Below are positions 34,262 to 44,023 of a stretch of 64,000 bases of DNA, in pieces. The first letter of the stretch is position 1; the number at the start of each line of letters is the position of its first letter. The position numbers were made by a program, and so were the translations under genes. The DNA comes from Clostridia bacterium (GTDB lineage Bacteria > Bacillota > Clostridia > UMGS1883). The notes below the pieces were generated by a model. The model was not told where the DNA came from. It ran no database searches and saw only the letters and a list, made by a program, of their open reading frames with translations. Location of the stretch: contig JAZQAB010000087.1 in assembly GCA_045545055.1 (NCBI GenBank), positions 8,049-72,048 on the forward strand, in the 5' to 3' direction.

Positions 34262-35329
34262 ATGATGAAAACCTTGAAAAAAATTCTTAACCACATTTTT
34301 ATTGATGGCCTCAGTGGTATGGCGTACGGTCTTTTTGCCACGCTGATTGTGGGAACGATTCTCACCCAGATAGGTTCTTTTCTGGGCGGCGAAATCGGCA
34401 GGCTTTTTACAATCGGCGGAAAATTTGCGTCCCTGCTTACCGGCGGTGGAATCGGTGTGGGTGTAGCGTATAAATTCGGTGCATCTCAGCTTACAATGGT
34501 GAGCAGTGCTGTTACAGGTATGATTGGTGCATATGCAGGCAAGATATTAAACGGAAGTATTTTTGCAGGCAGTGCATTTTCAATCGTTGCTCCCGGAGAG
34601 CCTTTGGGTGCTTTTATTGCGGCATATGTTGCCATTCTTATAGGAAAGCTTGTAAGCGGTACTACCAAAATAGATATATTGGTGACGCCTATCTGTTGTA
34701 TTTTTTCGGGTACACTGGCGGCTCTTTTGGTTGGCCCTCCCATTTCCGAATTTATGACAGAGCTCGGCAGTATGGTAAACTGGGGTACTGAGCAGAATCC
34801 TTTCATTATGGGAATCGTGGTAAGCGTTCTTATGGGAATGTTCCTTACTCTCCCCATAAGCTCTGCCGCTATCGGCATAGTGCTTGGGCTTGACGGCATT
34901 GCGGCAGGTGCGGCAACTGTTGGCTGCTGTGCCAATATGATTGGCTTTGCCGTGTGCAGCTACAGAGAAAACAAAGTGGGCGGTCTTTTTGCACAGGGAC
35001 TGGGTACAAGCATGCTCCAGATTCCCAATATTGTCCGCCATCCGCTTATTTGGCTTCCCGCAATTCTTACAAGTGCGATTTTGGGGCCTATATCCACAAT
35101 GGTATTTAAAATGCAGAGTAACCCTACGGGAAGCGGTATGGGAACGGCAGGTCTTGTAGGGCCTTTGATGAGCTTTGAAACCATGTCCTCTTACATGAGT
35201 GCTTCTACCGCACTGCTTTTGAACCTGCTTATGTACTTTATACTTCCTGCAATTATTGCACTCGGAATTTCCGAGGCAATGAGAAAGCTCAATTACATAA
35301 AATATGGACAGATGAAGCTTAATTTATGA
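34262..35329 (+). CDS. Polytopic membrane protein, PTS EIIC_2-like family
   Basis: About 355 aa, Gly/Ala-rich, roughly 10 TM helices (GGGIGVGVAY, GEPLGAF). Assigned to the stand-alone EIIC-like family by recollection only. Confidence 0.5.
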   Translation: MMKTLKKILNHIFIDGLSGMAYGLFATLIVGTILTQIGSFLGGEIGRLFTIGGKFASLLTGGGIGVGVAYKFGASQLTMVSSAVTGMIGAYAGKILNGSIFAGSAFSIVAPGEPLGAFIAAYVAILIGKLVSGTTKIDILVTPICCIFSGTLAALLVGPPISEFMTELGSMVNWGTEQNPFIMGIVVSVLMGMFLTLPISSAAIGIVLGLDGIAAGAATVGCCANMIGFAVCSYRENKVGGLFAQGLGTSMLQIPNIVRHPLIWLPAILTSAILGPISTMVFKMQSNPTGSGMGTAGLVGPLMSFETMSSYMSASTALLLNLLMYFILPAIIALGISEAMRKLNYIKYGQMKLNL

Positions 35330-36273
35330 TGAAAATAGGAAATGTATCTTTAAAAAATAATATATTTCTTGCCCCAATGGCAGGGGTGACGGATCTTGCG
35401 TTCCGAATTATATGCGACCGCTTCGGGGCAGGTCTTTCCTACACGGAAATGGTCAGTGCAAAGGCACTCTCCTTTTCCGACAAAAAGACAAACGCCCTTA
35501 TGCAGACGGACAATCTTCCCACGGCGGTACAGCTTTTCGGAAGCGATGCTGCTATTATGGCAGCAGCCGTATGTGAAGTGGAAAAGCACGGACTTTTTAC
35601 CGATATTAATATGGGCTGTCCTGCACCGAAAATTGCAGGCAACGGTGAGGGAAGTGCCCTCATGCGTGACCTTGACAAAGCGGAAAAAATAATTGGCTCT
35701 GTTTGCGACAAAGCTACAAAGCCCGTCACCGTAAAAATGCGGAGCGGCTGGGACAGTGAGCATATAAATGCCGTTGAGCTTGCTCGTATTGCACAAAGCT
35801 GCGGAGCGGCGGCGGTAACCGTCCACGGAAGAACACGTGAGCAGTATTACAGCGGAAAAGCCGACAGGAGCATTATCAAAAAAGTGTGTGAAGCGGTAAC
35901 AATCCCCGTCATTGCAAACGGTGACATATTCTGTGCCGAGGACGCACAAAGTATGCTTTCCGAAACAGGTGCAGCCGCTGTGATGATTGGCAGAGGCAGT
36001 CAGGGAAATCCGTGGATTTTCAGGCAGATAACCGAGCTTTTTGAGGGCGGACAAGTGGAAACAAACCCCACCCCCGAGGAAAGAATTTCAATGGCGATTG
36101 AGCATATTACCCTGCTTTGCTCCCTTAAAGGGGAACACAGGGGTATTTTAGAGGCAAGAAAGCACGCCTCCTGGTATATAAAAGGACTCAACGGTGCGGC
36201 TCAGCTCCGCAATAAGATAAATACGGCTACCTCGCTTGAGCGTATGAGTGAACTTCTCTCAGAGCTTTTATAA
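35326..36273 (+). CDS. dusB: tRNA-dihydrouridine synthase
   Basis: NNIFLAPMAGVTD, INMGCP and TVHGRTR motifs of Dus/NifR3. Confidence 0.9.
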   Translation: MMKIGNVSLKNNIFLAPMAGVTDLAFRIICDRFGAGLSYTEMVSAKALSFSDKKTNALMQTDNLPTAVQLFGSDAAIMAAAVCEVEKHGLFTDINMGCPAPKIAGNGEGSALMRDLDKAEKIIGSVCDKATKPVTVKMRSGWDSEHINAVELARIAQSCGAAAVTVHGRTREQYYSGKADRSIIKKVCEAVTIPVIANGDIFCAEDAQSMLSETGAAAVMIGRGSQGNPWIFRQITELFEGGQVETNPTPEERISMAIEHITLLCSLKGEHRGILEARKHASWYIKGLNGAAQLRNKINTATSLERMSELLSELL

Positions 36274-36313
36274 CCATTTGAAAAATTTAAATTGAAAGTT
36301 GAAAATTATGGTG

Positions 36314-36374
36314 GATTTTTGCCAAAGCAAAAATCTTCATTCATTTCGAATTTCGAACTTCGAACTTCGCATTT
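36314..36374 (+). repeat. Hairpin + heptad-repeat element, copy 4 (dusB-proB spacer)
   Basis: GATTTTTGC-CAAA-GCAAAAATC (36314-36335), spacer, then CATTTCG AATTTCG AACTTCG AACTTCG CATTT (36342-36374). Confidence 0.85.
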
Positions 36375-36406
36375 TTCAACCTTTTGCTGAAAGGAACGAC
36401 TGTATT

Positions 36407-37195
36407 ATGCGTATAGCAATAAAAGTAGGCACTTCAACATTAGCCCACAGCACAGGACATCTTAATATCCGCCACGTAGAGGATTTATGTAAGGTTATAA
36501 GCGACCTTAAAAATGCAGGGAACGAAATAATCCTTGTTTCTTCAGGTGCTATAGGCATGGGCGTGGGTAAGCTTTCCTTGGGAAAACGCCCTGAGGATAT
36601 GCCCACAAAGCAAGCGGCGGCGGCTGTGGGTCAATGCGAGCTGATGTATACATACGACAAGCTTTTTTCCGAATATAATCATACGGTGGCACAGCTTCTC
36701 ATCACGTCCCCCGATATTTCCGAAAGCACAAGAAACGAAAGAGGCGAAAATTTCCGCAATACAGTTCTCCGTCTTTTGGAGCTTGGAGCTCTTCCCATTA
36801 TAAACGAAAATGACACTGTGGCAACCGAGGAAATCTCGGTGGGTGACAATGATACCCTGAGTGCCCTTGTTGCACGAAGCTGTGATGCTGACCTTTTGGT
36901 ACTCCTCTCCGATATTGACGGACTTTATACCGCTGACCCCCATACCAATTCCGATGCCCGACTTCTGTCCGAGGTTTCTGCCATTACTCCCGAAATAATC
37001 GCTATGGCAGGCGGTAAGGGAAGCGATTTGGGAACAGGCGGCATGGCTACCAAAATCCGTGCGGCACAAATCTGCACCGAAAGCGGAATAGATATGATTA
37101 TTACAAACGGTGCAAACCCCTATGTCCTCTACGATATAGCAGACGGGAAAAGCATAGGAACGAGATTCATTAAGCAAGGTGAAAAACAGATATGA
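36407..37195 (+). CDS. proB: Glutamate 5-kinase (no PUA domain)
   Basis: MRIAIKVGTSTL and ILVSSGA motifs. Start ATG 36407. The track ORF's 5' extension is repeat sequence. Confidence 0.92.
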   Translation: MRIAIKVGTSTLAHSTGHLNIRHVEDLCKVISDLKNAGNEIILVSSGAIGMGVGKLSLGKRPEDMPTKQAAAAVGQCELMYTYDKLFSEYNHTVAQLLITSPDISESTRNERGENFRNTVLRLLELGALPIINENDTVATEEISVGDNDTLSALVARSCDADLLVLLSDIDGLYTADPHTNSDARLLSEVSAITPEIIAMAGGKGSDLGTGGMATKIRAAQICTESGIDMIITNGANPYVLYDIADGKSIGTRFIKQGEKQI

Positions 37196-38439
37196 CAACC
37201 AAACAAATACTTGAAAATGCCAAGGCGGCAAAGCTTAGTGCAATGCTCCTTGATACAAATAAAAAAAATGCTGCCCTCCTTTGCATGGCGGATAAGCTTA
37301 TTGAGCATACCGATAAAATCCTTTCTGCAAATGCAGTTGACGTAGAAAAGGCACGGGGAATAATTTCCGATGTAATGATTGACCGCCTTTCTCTTTCCAA
37401 AGAAAGAATCGCTTCTATGGCACAGGGAATCCGTGACGTGGCAGCACTTCCCGACCCTGTGGGGCAGGTAATAGAAAGAGTAGAGCGTGAAAACGGACTT
37501 ATAATCGAAAAAACCTCTGTTCCCATCGGTGTTACGGCAATAATTTACGAAAGCCGCCCCAATGTGACAAGCGATGCGGCGGCACTTTCCCTTAAAAGCG
37601 GAAACGTGTGCGTGCTTCGAGGGGGAAAAGAAGCATATAACAGTGCAAAAGCGATTGTTGATGCACTCAGAGAGGCTCTTTCGGAGTGCGGACTTTCACA
37701 AAATCTGATAAACCTTATTTCCGATACCACACGCCAAAGTGCGACAGAGCTTATGACGGCTGTGGGATATGTGGATTTGCTCATTCCAAGAGGCGGTGCA
37801 GGGCTTATCAATGCGTGCCTTGAAAACGCAAAGGTTCCCTGTATTCAGACAGGAACGGGAATTTGCCATATTTTTGTTGACGAAAATGCCGATTTTGAAA
37901 TGGCACTTAATATAATCGAAAATGCCAAAACAAGCCGTCCCTCAGTATGCAATGCGGCTGAAAGTCTGCTTGTACATAAAAATATTGCAAAGGACTTCCT
38001 CCCTCTTGTGAAAGAAAGATTAATTGATAACCGAAAAGAAAACCCCGTGGAGCTTCGTTGTGATGAAAAGGCTTTTGAGATTTTGGGTACGAAAAAAGCT
38101 TCGGAAACGGATTTTGACACGGAATTTCTCGACTATATCTTAGCCGTAAGCGTAACGCAGGACGTGAGAAGTGCTATAGAGCATATTGCACTTCATTCCA
38201 CGGGACACAGCGAAAGCATTATTACAAAAAACGAGGAAAATGCGAAAATCTTTACTGCGGCAGTTGACAGCTCCTCCGTTTATGTAAATGCCTCCACACG
38301 TTTTACCGACGGAGGAGAGTTTGGACTTGGCTGTGAAATGGGAATTTCCACTCAGAAGCTTCACGCAAGAGGCCCTATGGGACTAAGGGAGCTGAATACA
38401 TACAAGTACATTATAAAAGGTAACGGAAACACAAGATGA
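37192..38439 (+). CDS. proA: Glutamate-5-semialdehyde dehydrogenase
   Basis: 415 aa with YESRPNV and CNAAESLLVH motifs. Overlaps the proB stop by 4 nt. Confidence 0.95.
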   Translation: MTTKQILENAKAAKLSAMLLDTNKKNAALLCMADKLIEHTDKILSANAVDVEKARGIISDVMIDRLSLSKERIASMAQGIRDVAALPDPVGQVIERVERENGLIIEKTSVPIGVTAIIYESRPNVTSDAAALSLKSGNVCVLRGGKEAYNSAKAIVDALREALSECGLSQNLINLISDTTRQSATELMTAVGYVDLLIPRGGAGLINACLENAKVPCIQTGTGICHIFVDENADFEMALNIIENAKTSRPSVCNAAESLLVHKNIAKDFLPLVKERLIDNRKENPVELRCDEKAFEILGTKKASETDFDTEFLDYILAVSVTQDVRSAIEHIALHSTGHSESIITKNEENAKIFTAAVDSSSVYVNASTRFTDGGEFGLGCEMGISTQKLHARGPMGLRELNTYKYIIKGNGNTR

Positions 38440-38445
38440 GTTCGG

Positions 38446-38593
38446 AATGAGGAGTGTAGAATGCGGAGTGAATGTGGTTTTCTCTTACAAGAAAACTTTT
38501 AACCACATACTACTCTAAAATAACTAAACAAAGATTTTCGACAAATGCGAAAATCTACCTCCATTCCGCATTCCTAATTCCGCACTCCGAATT
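38446..38593 (+). repeat. Hairpin + heptad-repeat element, copy 5 (composite, C-rich variant, proA-proC spacer)
   Basis: AATGAGG AGTGTAG AATGCGG AGTGAAT (38446-38473). Hairpin GTGGTTTTC...GAAAAC..AACCAC (38474-38506). Hairpin GATTTTCG-ACAAATG-CGAAAATC (38533-38555). Then CATTCCG CATTCCT AATTCCG CACTCCG AATT (38562-38593). Confidence 0.85.
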
Positions 38594-38615
38594 AAAAAAG
38601 AAAGGTTTGATAAAT

Positions 38616-39419
38616 ATGTACACTGCAGGTTTTATAGGCTGCGGCAACATGGGCGGTGCATTGGCAGGTGCGGCTACAAAAGCCATAGGCGGCAAAAATG
38701 TATTTCTTTCCGACTTTTTAGAGGAAAAAGCAATTTCGCTAAGCCGTGAAACAGGTGCGAACAAATCCTCCAATGAGGATATTGCAAAAAATTGCAAATA
38801 CATTTTTTTAGGCGTTAAGCCACAGGTTATTTCGGGAACAATTTCTGAAATTGCCCCCATACTAAAAAGCCGCAGTGACCGCTATATCGTGGTTTCCATG
38901 GCGGCAGGCATCAGCATCGGTGCAATTAAGGAGGCTTTAGGGTTTGACGTCCCCGTTATCCGCATTATGCCCAACACTCCCGCTTCTGTGGGAAAGGGCG
39001 TGATTCTTTATTCCCCGAACGGGAAAATCACAAATGATGAGGAAAAGGAATTTTGCGAAATTTTCTCCCTCGCAGGCATCACCGATAAAATTGATGAAAA
39101 GCTTATTGATGCGGCAAGTGCACTTTCGGGCTGCGGTCCTGCCTTTGTATATCTCTTTATTGAGGCACTCTCCGACGGTGCAGTTGATTGCGGTCTGCCC
39201 AGAGACAAGGCACTTTCCTATGCGGCAAATACGGTTTTAGGTGCGGCACAGATGGTTATTGAAAGCGGCAAGCACCCCGGCGTGCTTAAAGACAACGTCT
39301 GCTCCCCCGGTGGAACAACCATTGAAGGTGTGCGTGCTCTTGAGGACGGCGGTTTCAGAGCAAATGCAATGAATGCAGTCATAAAAGCATACGAAAAAAC
39401 TCTTAAACTAAAGAAATAG
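38616..39419 (+). CDS. proC: Pyrroline-5-carboxylate reductase
   Basis: GFIGCGNMGGAL Rossmann motif and SPGGTTIEG. Start ATG 38616. The upstream part of the track ORF is repeat sequence. Confidence 0.92.
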   Translation: MYTAGFIGCGNMGGALAGAATKAIGGKNVFLSDFLEEKAISLSRETGANKSSNEDIAKNCKYIFLGVKPQVISGTISEIAPILKSRSDRYIVVSMAAGISIGAIKEALGFDVPVIRIMPNTPASVGKGVILYSPNGKITNDEEKEFCEIFSLAGITDKIDEKLIDAASALSGCGPAFVYLFIEALSDGAVDCGLPRDKALSYAANTVLGAAQMVIESGKHPGVLKDNVCSPGGTTIEGVRALEDGGFRANAMNAVIKAYEKTLKLKK

Positions 39420-39450
39420 TGAAGATATTTTGTATATTTACAAAAAATGC

Positions 39451-39479
39451 TTGCAAATTTATACATTTGTCTTTATAAT
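39451..39479 (+). promoter_or_regulatory. Promoter of the amino-acid ABC transporter operon
   Basis: TTGCAA (39451-39456), 17 nt, TATAAT (39474-39479). Confidence 0.5.
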
Positions 39480-39515
39480 GAAATCATACTAACTATATTT
39501 TGGAGGTTATTAATT

Positions 39516-40313
39516 ATGAAGAAGATTCTCGCATTAGTACTTGTTCTTGCACTTTCAGTGTTTGCTTTTGCTGCTTGCTCAAGCGACGAGGGCGAAAACA
39601 AAGCTTCTCAGACAGAAAAGGAAGTAGAAGCTGTACAGGACGACAAGGAAACAGCAACTCTTAAAATGGCTACAAATGCCGCTTTCCCTCCCTATGAATA
39701 TAAGGAAGGCGAAAATTTCGTAGGTATCGACGTTGAAATTGCTCGTGAGCTTGCAAAAGCTCTTGGCTGTGAGCTTGAAATCATCGATATGGAATTTGAT
39801 TCCATTATCACTTCGGTTAACGCAGGTGAGGCTGATTTCGGTATGGCAGGTATGACCGTTACGGAGGACAGACTTAAAGAGGTTGACTTCTCCGACAGCT
39901 ACGCTACAGGCGTTCAGTCAATCATTGTAAAGAGCGGCAGTGCAATCAAAACTCCCGATGACCTTGCAGGTAAGAAAATCGGTGTTCAGCTCGGAACAAC
40001 AGGCGATATTTATTCCTGTGACGATTTCGGCGAAGAAAATGTAACAAAGTTCAGCAAGGGTGCTGACGCTGTTTTGGCTCTTAAAGGCGGCGAGGTTGAC
40101 GCTGTTATTATCGATAACGAGCCTGCTAAGGCTTTCGTTGCAGCAAATGAAGGTCTCGAAATCCTCGGAACAGACTACGCTGTTGAAGATTACGCAATCG
40201 CAATCAAGAAGGGTAACACAGAGCTTCTTACACAAATCAACGATGCACTTGCAACCCTTTCTGAAAATGGTACTATCGATACAATTATCGGAAAATATAT
40301 TTCTGCGAAATAA
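39516..40313 (+). CDS. Amino-acid ABC transporter substrate-binding lipoprotein
   Basis: Lipobox LSVFAFAAC followed by a family-3 SBP pattern (PPYEY, GIDVEIA, DFSDSY). ATG 39516 lies behind GGAGG. Confidence 0.88.
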   Translation: MKKILALVLVLALSVFAFAACSSDEGENKASQTEKEVEAVQDDKETATLKMATNAAFPPYEYKEGENFVGIDVEIARELAKALGCELEIIDMEFDSIITSVNAGEADFGMAGMTVTEDRLKEVDFSDSYATGVQSIIVKSGSAIKTPDDLAGKKIGVQLGTTGDIYSCDDFGEENVTKFSKGADAVLALKGGEVDAVIIDNEPAKAFVAANEGLEILGTDYAVEDYAIAIKKGNTELLTQINDALATLSENGTIDTIIGKYISAK

Positions 40314-40341
40314 GGCTTCACATTAAAAGAACACGTTTTTT

Positions 40342-40381
40342 CAAAGACAGGAGAGCAGTTCTTCTGTCTTTGACTTTTTAT
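40342..40381 (+). terminator. Intra-operon terminator/attenuator between the SBP and permease genes
   Basis: CAAAGACAG-13 nt-CTGTCTTTG followed by ACTTTTTTAT. Confidence 0.6.
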
Positions 40382-40404
40382 CAACTTTCGAAAGGCGGTA
40401 TACT

Positions 40405-41778
40405 ATGTCCGCAAAAAAGAAAATTATTATAAGCTTAATTTCCGTACTTGTGGCAGTAGGCTTGATTTTTACGGGAATATACGCACTAAACAGCAGTTCA
40501 AAGGCAGATGAAACTGACCTTTTCACGGCAGAAGCGTTTGTAAACGAGGAATTTGACAAAATTGCCAGTTCTCAAATATCAAAGCTGATTGCCGAAAAAA
40601 ACACAATTAAGGTTGATGAAATCTCCTATGGCAGTCAGAAAGACATTATTCTTGAATGCCGTATAAAGACGGTGGATTTACATACACTTCTTTCTCCTCA
40701 CTACGATGAATTTCTCGGCACTTCGCCCAGGAAATCCACAGGAATGTATAAGTCAAAATCAGACCTTAACAGGGAATTTCGCGAAAAACTGACGACTCTT
40801 ATCAGCGATTGCGATACAGTCGAGAAAAAGGCTACACTTACCCTTTATCAGACGGATTCGGGGCTTAAAGTATACGCAGATAAGAAAACGGCAGATTTTA
40901 TCTACGGTGGCGTCGATAAAATAAGGGAAGAAGTCCTTGATAAAACACATTATACGGATTCTGACGGAGTGAAGAAAGAAATCGGCTCTACAAATATCAC
41001 ACGAGGCCTTGTTGAGTGCTTTAAGCTTCGCTATGATGACCGCATTCCCGACACAGGAAGCCGTATTGTAAGAATGTACAACAGCTTCAAATACGACTTT
41101 CACCGCATTTTCATAGAGCATGCACGCTGGAAATCAATATTTACCGGCTTGTGGGTTACTCTTAAGCTTACTTTCTTTGCACTTATTATAGGTATCTTCT
41201 TAGGCTTTTTGGTTGCATTCATAAGATGCACCGCCATAAAGCTTAAAAAGAAGAATTTCCTCTTATCTCTGCTTGACTTAATTTGTAAGCTTTATATTTC
41301 AATTATCCGCGGAACACCTGCCATGGTTCAGATAATGATTATTTATTTCGTTTTCTTTATGCCTATGGGTGTCAGCAAATTTATTGCAGCGGTTGTGTGC
41401 TTCGGTCTTAATTCGGGAGCATACGTTGCCGAAATTGTCCGTGGCGGAATAATGAGCGTGGACGAAGGGCAGACAGAGGCAGGAAGAAGTCTTGGCTTCG
41501 GATATATGTCCACCATGTTCTATATCATTCTTCCACAGGCATTTAAGGCAGTACTCCCTGCTTTGGCAAACGAATTTATTGTGCTTTTAAAAGAAACCTC
41601 TATAGCGTTCTACATCGGTCTTGGCGATTTGATGTACTCCGTAAACGCAATCCGTGCGGCAACCTATACACAGTTTATGCCCCTTATTGCCGCCGCACTT
41701 ATATATCTGGTGCTTGTGCTGGTACTCAGCAAGCTTGTAAGCATATTGGAAAGGAGACTGAGAAATAATGAACGATAA
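40405..41778 (+). CDS. Amino-acid ABC transporter permease with ~230-aa extra N-terminal extracytoplasmic domain
   Basis: The C-terminal ~220 aa are a His/Glu/Gln/Arg-type permease ([22 protein letters not shown]). The N-terminal part begins with one TM helix, then a soluble domain I do not recognise. Confidence 0.85.
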   Translation: MSAKKKIIISLISVLVAVGLIFTGIYALNSSSKADETDLFTAEAFVNEEFDKIASSQISKLIAEKNTIKVDEISYGSQKDIILECRIKTVDLHTLLSPHYDEFLGTSPRKSTGMYKSKSDLNREFREKLTTLISDCDTVEKKATLTLYQTDSGLKVYADKKTADFIYGGVDKIREEVLDKTHYTDSDGVKKEIGSTNITRGLVECFKLRYDDRIPDTGSRIVRMYNSFKYDFHRIFIEHARWKSIFTGLWVTLKLTFFALIIGIFLGFLVAFIRCTAIKLKKKNFLLSLLDLICKLYISIIRGTPAMVQIMIIYFVFFMPMGVSKFIAAVVCFGLNSGAYVAEIVRGGIMSVDEGQTEAGRSLGFGYMSTMFYIILPQAFKAVLPALANEFIVLLKETSIAFYIGLGDLMYSVNAIRAATYTQFMPLIAAALIYLVLVLVLSKLVSILERRLRNNER

Positions 41779-42511
41779 TAAAGTTGTTATTAAAACACAA
41801 AATCTCTCCAAATGCTTTAAAAGCACCATTCACGCCTTGAACAACGTAAACGCAGAAATAAAAAAAGGCGAGGTTGTGGTTGTAATTGGCCCTTCGGGAA
41901 GCGGAAAATCTACTTTTCTGCGTTCTCTGACAAGGCTTGAAGAACCTACGGGCGGACATATTTATTTTGATGACATTGATGTAACCGACCATAAAACTGA
42001 CCTTAATATGATTCGCAGAAGAATGGGTATGGTTTTCCAGCAGTTTAACCTTTTCCCCCATATGACGGTTCTTCGCAATATGACCCTTGCCCCGATGAAG
42101 CTTCTTAAAATGAGCAAGGCAGAGGCAGAGGAAAAAGCCATCAGTCTTTTAAAAAGAGTGGGGCTTGGCGACAGGGCAAATGCGTACCCCTCCCAGCTTT
42201 CGGGCGGACAGAAACAGAGGGTGGCGATTGTGCGCGCACTGTGTATGAATCCCGAAGTGCTTCTTTTTGATGAGCCTACAAGTGCTCTTGACCCCGAAAT
42301 GGTAGGCGAGGTTCTTGATGTTATGAAGGAGCTTGCAAAAGAGGGTATGACAATGGTTGTCGTAACCCATGAAATGGGCTTTGCCAAAGAGGTTGCCGAC
42401 ACCGTAATATTTATGGATAACGGCGAGATATTGGCAAAAGGTACTCCCGAAGAAATTTTCGAAAAGAACGAAAATCAAAGATTACGCGATTTCCTGAGAA
42501 AAGTATTATAA
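41768..42511 (+). CDS. Amino-acid ABC transporter ATP-binding protein
   Basis: Walker [10 protein letters not shown], signature [11 protein letters not shown] and Walker [12 protein letters not shown]. GlnQ-like. Confidence 0.93.
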   Translation: MNDNKVVIKTQNLSKCFKSTIHALNNVNAEIKKGEVVVVIGPSGSGKSTFLRSLTRLEEPTGGHIYFDDIDVTDHKTDLNMIRRRMGMVFQQFNLFPHMTVLRNMTLAPMKLLKMSKAEAEEKAISLLKRVGLGDRANAYPSQLSGGQKQRVAIVRALCMNPEVLLFDEPTSALDPEMVGEVLDVMKELAKEGMTMVVVTHEMGFAKEVADTVIFMDNGEILAKGTPEEIFEKNENQRLRDFLRKVL

Positions 42512-42521
42512 TTGAATATTT

Positions 42522-42558
42522 AAGGAGGTGTAAAAAATCGAGTTTTTTACACCTCCTT
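42522..42558. terminator. Bidirectional terminator between the convergent ABC ATPase and ypeB genes
   Basis: AAGGAGGTGTAAAAAA-TCGAG-TTTTTTACACCTCCTT, a 16-bp perfect stem. Confidence 0.75.
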
Positions 42559-42583
42559 TTCTTGAGGTTCCCATTGTACACCG

Positions 42584-43906
42584 TCAGACTGCCAATGTTC
42601 CTCTCTCATTCTCCAAAAGAATCTGCACGTCCTCAGTGTTTCCCGTTTGTGTGTTTACATAGATAAGAAAATGCCGCCCCGAAACAACTCCTTTAATCTG
42701 ATAACAGCAGGCTTCACTTCCGTTTTCAAGGGGAATTACCGCCATAGAGGTCTCCTTGATTTTTAGATTGGGATTCACATTTTTTAATGCGTCCTCCTTG
42801 GTAATTGCAGGCTTGGGAATATTTCTGTAAACATGGTTCATTACATATCCCCTGCTTTCAAATCCGATGATTTCCCCATCGTCAAGAGCCACCTTTACCT
42901 TGACCAAATCGGGAAAAACAATATATCCGTCCTGCTCATAAGCATAATTTATAACCACACTTCCGCCCATGCTTTCATAGTAGCTTTCACGCATGTCATT
43001 AAATCCGTTTTCCTTTAAAAAGGCGGCGGCTTTTTTCTTTGCCTCGGAAACAGACAGCTTTTCTTCCTCTATATGGCGGTCCTTCATCAGCATCAGAAGC
43101 ACACCGCCGTGCTTTGTATATTCCGCCACGGTAGAATTTGAATTTATGCTGTAGCAGGGGAGCTTTCCTCCGATTTCGGAAACGCTTGCTTTTTCCTTTC
43201 CCGTAAATTTCTTTGCTTTATTTAATACCTGTTTTTTCGTAAGCTCTGCCTTGCCCTTGGTTAAAATGGATTCCTTTAAGGTAAGATGCTGTGAAAACGG
43301 CCCGTCATATATGAGAGACGGATAATCGTGAAATTCCTCCTCCAAAGACGCAAGCTCACTTGCCATTGCCGTTTTTCCTCCGCTGAAAGAGGGCAGGGAT
43401 CTGTTTTCTTCATCAAAAGAAATCTGCCCGTCGTTTATTCCGATGAGCATTTCATCAAGACCGCTTTTTAAGGTATTGGCATACCCCGAAAGCTCCTGCA
43501 TAGTTTGAATTTCTTTCTCTTCAAGCTTTTCTCCGCGAAGCATTTTTTCCGAAATACAGTTTGCATATTCTCCCACCTGTGAAAGAAATTCCGACGTCTT
43601 TTCAAGATTTCTTCCGTTTATGGGAAGAAGGGCTAAATTTGCCTTTGCTCCGCTTGCCTGACTGTGCAAAAGGGCAGAAAGCTTAGCCATCTGCATGGGC
43701 GTTGACACAACCTGTCCCTTGCAAAGCGTTATTTCAAGGTCATCTACATATTCCGTAAGCTCGGCAAAGACCCTGTTGTATTCTAAGTTTCTGTGATAGC
43801 TGAGTTCTTCGGCTCTCTTGTACTGAAACAGAGCAAACGCTGTAACAAGAAGCAAGAGCGTGGACAAAAGTAAAAATTGTCTACGTTTTTTAATGTTTTC
43901 ATGCAT
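42584..43906 (-). CDS. ypeB: Germination protein YpeB
   Basis: N-terminal TM helix. YNRVFAELTEYVDDL and LPINGRNLEKTSEFLSQVGEYAN parallel B. subtilis YpeB (NNYQRAFHDLTYQVDQL, LP..FNKTEEFLSKIGDFSY). C-terminal PepSY-like repeats. Confidence 0.75.
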   Translation of the reverse strand: MHENIKKRRQFLLLSTLLLLVTAFALFQYKRAEELSYHRNLEYNRVFAELTEYVDDLEITLCKGQVVSTPMQMAKLSALLHSQASGAKANLALLPINGRNLEKTSEFLSQVGEYANCISEKMLRGEKLEEKEIQTMQELSGYANTLKSGLDEMLIGINDGQISFDEENRSLPSFSGGKTAMASELASLEEEFHDYPSLIYDGPFSQHLTLKESILTKGKAELTKKQVLNKAKKFTGKEKASVSEIGGKLPCYSINSNSTVAEYTKHGGVLLMLMKDRHIEEEKLSVSEAKKKAAAFLKENGFNDMRESYYESMGGSVVINYAYEQDGYIVFPDLVKVKVALDDGEIIGFESRGYVMNHVYRNIPKPAITKEDALKNVNPNLKIKETSMAVIPLENGSEACCYQIKGVVSGRHFLIYVNTQTGNTEDVQILLENERGTLAV

Positions 43907-43962
43907 TTTAATACACCTCTAAGGTTATTAATTGTCAAATTGCCAATTTTTATTCATACGTC

Positions 43963-43991
43963 TTGAAAAAACGGCACCTTTTTGTTATAAT
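43963..43991 (+). promoter_or_regulatory. Promoter of the apgM-like gene
   Basis: TTGAAA (43963-43968), 17 nt, TATAAT (43986-43991). Confidence 0.5.
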
Positions 43992-44023
43992 AGGAATGAG
44001 TTTTTCCGAAAGGACTTGATATT

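Noticed and set aside
36299-36406. N-terminal extensions of track ORFs that read through repeat elements: luxS to 12481, proB from 36299, proC from 38472, ytvI-like from 45364, mnmG to 55597, and the methyltransferase to 34003.
   Set aside because: The extensions translate repeat DNA (FRISNFELRI-type peptides) or overlap another gene. Internal starts with good RBS give canonical N-termini.
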